A DNA stretch of 20,000 nucleotides from the NCBI GenBank assembly GCA_010356995.1, contig ML996692.1:238362-258361 (forward strand), read 5' to 3'. Source of the stretch: Trichodelitschia bisporula. Its lineage: Eukaryota. Shown one piece after another: positions 17,386 through 20,000 of the stretch. Made by a program: the position numbers and the translations under genes. Each line of letters begins with the position of its first letter. Within the stretch, counting starts at the first letter, position 1. The notes beneath the pieces are model-generated. The model was not told the DNA's origin. It worked only from the letters and a program-made list of their open reading frames with translations, and made no database searches.

Positions 17386-17698
17386 ACCGTCGCCGCTATA
17401 TCTCGGCTGCCAAAGCCAACAACGCATGTCGCCCGCTGTGCTTACGGAAAGGGACGCCATGGCCGGTTCCGCGGCGGGGTGATTGGTGAAGCGGTGGTGG
17501 AACTGAGTTGTGTGTGCTCCGTCGCTGTTCTCTCGTTGCTGTTTTTATGTTCCCGTCGCTGATCCTGCCCGCGTATGTGGAGGGGTGGGGGAGAGTAGTG
17601 CAGTGGGAGACACAGATGGGTTATGGCTCCGGGGATAGGAGGGAGACAATGAAGCGTGATCGTCCAGCCGTGTAGACCTGAGGCTTACTGTCACTTCG

Positions 17699-17982
17699 TG
17701 TTAAAAGGTGATGCGTGATCAATGGAAATATCACTCCATCACAAGTTGGACCGAAGGTCTGTCCATGAACGAGTTGCTTGATTGACTAGCAGTGGGAAGT
17801 GAGCTGACTATATACCTCGCCAGGAGACGACCCCTGTCTCCACTCCAGCCACCCCAGGTTGCCGCCACAAATTCAACACGCCCTAGCAGCGATGACCCTC
17901 TGGATGTTGAAAGGGTGATGCGTGATCAACAGAAACGTCACTGCATCACAAGTTGGACCGAAGGTCTGTCCATGAACAAGTT
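17699..17982. repeat. Direct repeat pair, ~77 bp (17699-17775 and 17905-17982), each with an internal inverted repeat
   Basis: GGTGATGCGTGATCAA..GAAA..TCACT.CATCACAAGTTGGACCGAAGGTCTGTCCATGAAC.AGTT occurs twice, offset 207 bp. Confidence 0.9.
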
Positions 17983-18054
17983 ACTCTTTTTGTCAAAGAG
18001 GTGGGGACCCGAGTGTACTTATACTCGAGCCCTGTGGCTGAAACTGGGTAAGGC

Positions 18055-18705
18055 TGAACACAGCCACCGCATTCCAACAACCTTCTCTTGCTCCAGGCGC
18101 ACCTCAGGAGTTGGACTATGATCTGAGGCAGGACTGATACTTGCTGGCCTCAGGGCCGAGAATGGCACGTATGGTAAGACGACATGTGGCCGCATTTAGC
18201 TGAATCAGGCTTACCGCCTTCGGCAGAAAATGAAGATTAATATGGAGACTGCGCTACAGTGACAATTCCCGACCTTGTGAGGCTTATGTACATTATGGCA
18301 CTGAGCAAAACGCGGTGCGGCGGTGTGTGAGCTAGGTATCAATATGCTATTTCCGCGGCTAGGTTGACTGGTATGTTTTCTCCTTTTATTACATGAAATC
18401 ACGTGCGGAAGCTGAATGCTCTCCCCTAATTCAAGTCATTGTCCTGCCTCGTCGGAGCTTCGCAAAAGCAGATCAGCTGATTATGTCGTCATAGGCTTAT
18501 TTGTAGGGCGTTCCAAGGCGTGTTCAGACTACGGCGGGCGGCGGGGGGAAGGTAAGACAAGTTGAAGCCGTGGCAGAGGTGGCGCTGGTGGGATTGGTGG
18601 CGCCGGTGGAGGTGGCGCTGAAGAATCGGGCTCTCTTTGTGGGGTCTCAGATGACGGAAACAGGATTATCCAGCTCGCACCATTGAACACAGCCACCGCA
18701 TTCCA
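18055..18705. repeat. Dispersed exact 22-bp direct repeat (18055-18076 and 18684-18705)
   Basis: TGAACACAGCCACCGCATTCCA occurs twice, with partial similarity (cttctct) extending ~12 bp further. Confidence 0.85.
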
Positions 18706-20000
18706 TCACATCTTCTCTGCGCAGTGAAGGAATAGTTAATTCAAGATGTTTCCAAATCCCCACTGCATAAAAGCTATGCCAGGGGCGCACAAATCACTGG
18801 TTGCACAGCATTGGTTGTGGAATAACATTCATTGAAAGCTTGAAGAACTATGTAAGGGTTTCGCGTGTGAATGTGGAGTGTGGGGGAGCTCAGGGTGCTA
18901 GCGCACAGCCAGCGCCAAGTTCTCACCCCTGCAAATCCAGCCGGGCTGAAATTGCAGGGATCGAGCTTACCGAGTCATGTGACCAGCACAGGGCATGTGG
19001 CGATTTGACATGGGAGAGATGGTATCCTCTCATGACAAGCTACTACATCACTGATATGGCGATATTTTATGCGCCGCTGTTATTATTTGTGATTGGAGAG
19101 TTCGATTTCAAAGCCGTCATGTTGAATATATAATTCATTGCCACTTTTGCTCTCAAAAAGGTACAAAAAGACAATGGCCGCAATGGAGGTGGTTGGGGAA
19201 GAGGTTAAGAGACACTTCAGCAAATAAATTCCATACACAGCACTCAACCAGACAAATACCCTAAGTCAATCTTATCCCTCTGAATGGCGACGACACCCGG
19301 ATTGCGATACTCGAGTGGAAGCCAGAGACTTTATTCCGCGCCTATGGTTTCCATTCCCTGAATTCTGAAACGTGGAGGATCCGGTGCGGAACCTGGCGAC
19401 TGCTTGCCGTCCGGCAAGAACGTCGCCCGAACTATGCCGGGCTGCAGATACTAGATGAGTGATTGGACGACTGGACGTTGACCTATGCCTCAAAATCTCA
19501 CCCAGTCGCTATGGAAAATTCCTACTGGTTTCTACGACCCGGAGTTTATTGTCACTCCGCTGCACTTCACTCAAAAGAAGCAAAATATTCAGTTGCGCCT
19601 GGCTTGGCGTTTTGTATCCCGGTCCCGGCTAAGTTAAATAAAGCCTCATTGCTAGGCCCACTCCCCACTTTCCATCTAATTTTCAGCTTTATCACGGAAA
19701 AATAGTTCAGTTTTTCAAGCAGCGCTAAGATGCCCGATATTCCAGAGAATATGAACATGAAATTGGAGCGCCTTCTTACTACCAGATGGGGCCAAGAAGC
19801 CTTCATTGTATGCATGAAGTTTAAGTCGAAGATAAAATCCTGGATCTGATTCAGATTTAGGAGGTATGCGCACAGTCGATGAAAATTGGGCTGACTCGTT
19901 GATCTTGACTGCCGATATAGGAAGTAGGTGGGCCTACCTGATATGGACGAGATGCGATGATTGCTGACCGTAGGCTGTTTGCTGGTGTAGGATGTGAGTG

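Noticed and set aside
17707..17775. Hammerhead ribozyme or C/D snoRNA in the duplicated hairpin
   Set aside because: The CTGANGA core and proper RTGATGA/CTGA boxes are absent.
18560..18625. Gly-rich (+) or Pro-rich (-) coding exon
   Set aside because: A short GGTGGCGC low-complexity run with no supporting ORF or convincing splice structure.
18100..20000. Genes or a TE body in the lower-GC right end (ORFs 18801..19133, 19567..19815 and others)
   Set aside because: Short ORFs, codon usage unlike the real genes in this window, and no recognisable motifs; left unannotated.

Overview
Eukaryotic, GC-rich filamentous ascomycete DNA with short spliceosomal introns carrying CTAAC/CTGAC branch sites. 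The left 7.7 kb is ordinary and gene-dense: the 3' part of an acrB-like gene (+), a four-exon monofunctional heme catalase (-, 608 aa when spliced, one GC-AG intron, upstream CRE/ATF site) and a TMA23-like gene (+). From about 8.1 to 17.5 kb there is no intact protein gene. A palindromic TATA element and a pyrimidine-rich leader precede a ~6 kb hierarchical degenerate tandem array: roughly 60 or more units counted by eye, each a ~45-48 bp semi-conserved GC-rich core plus a ~20 bp variable linker, period ~67 bp. The array grades into a mosaic of 75-200 bp fragments of unrelated genes, all on the + strand: two LRR-like pieces, a gag-like piece, a cytochrome b5-like piece, a Ty1/copia pre-integrase zinc finger and the 5' end of HIS7. 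This mosaic also holds an intact tRNA-Asp(GTC) and a 33-bp/11-aa repeat with third-codon-position variation. The last 2.5 kb is lower-GC, apparently non-coding, and carries a duplicated hairpin element. The array plus captured-fragment region is the best candidate for something undescribed, but its function cannot be established from sequence alone. All family assignments are from motif recognition, not database searches.
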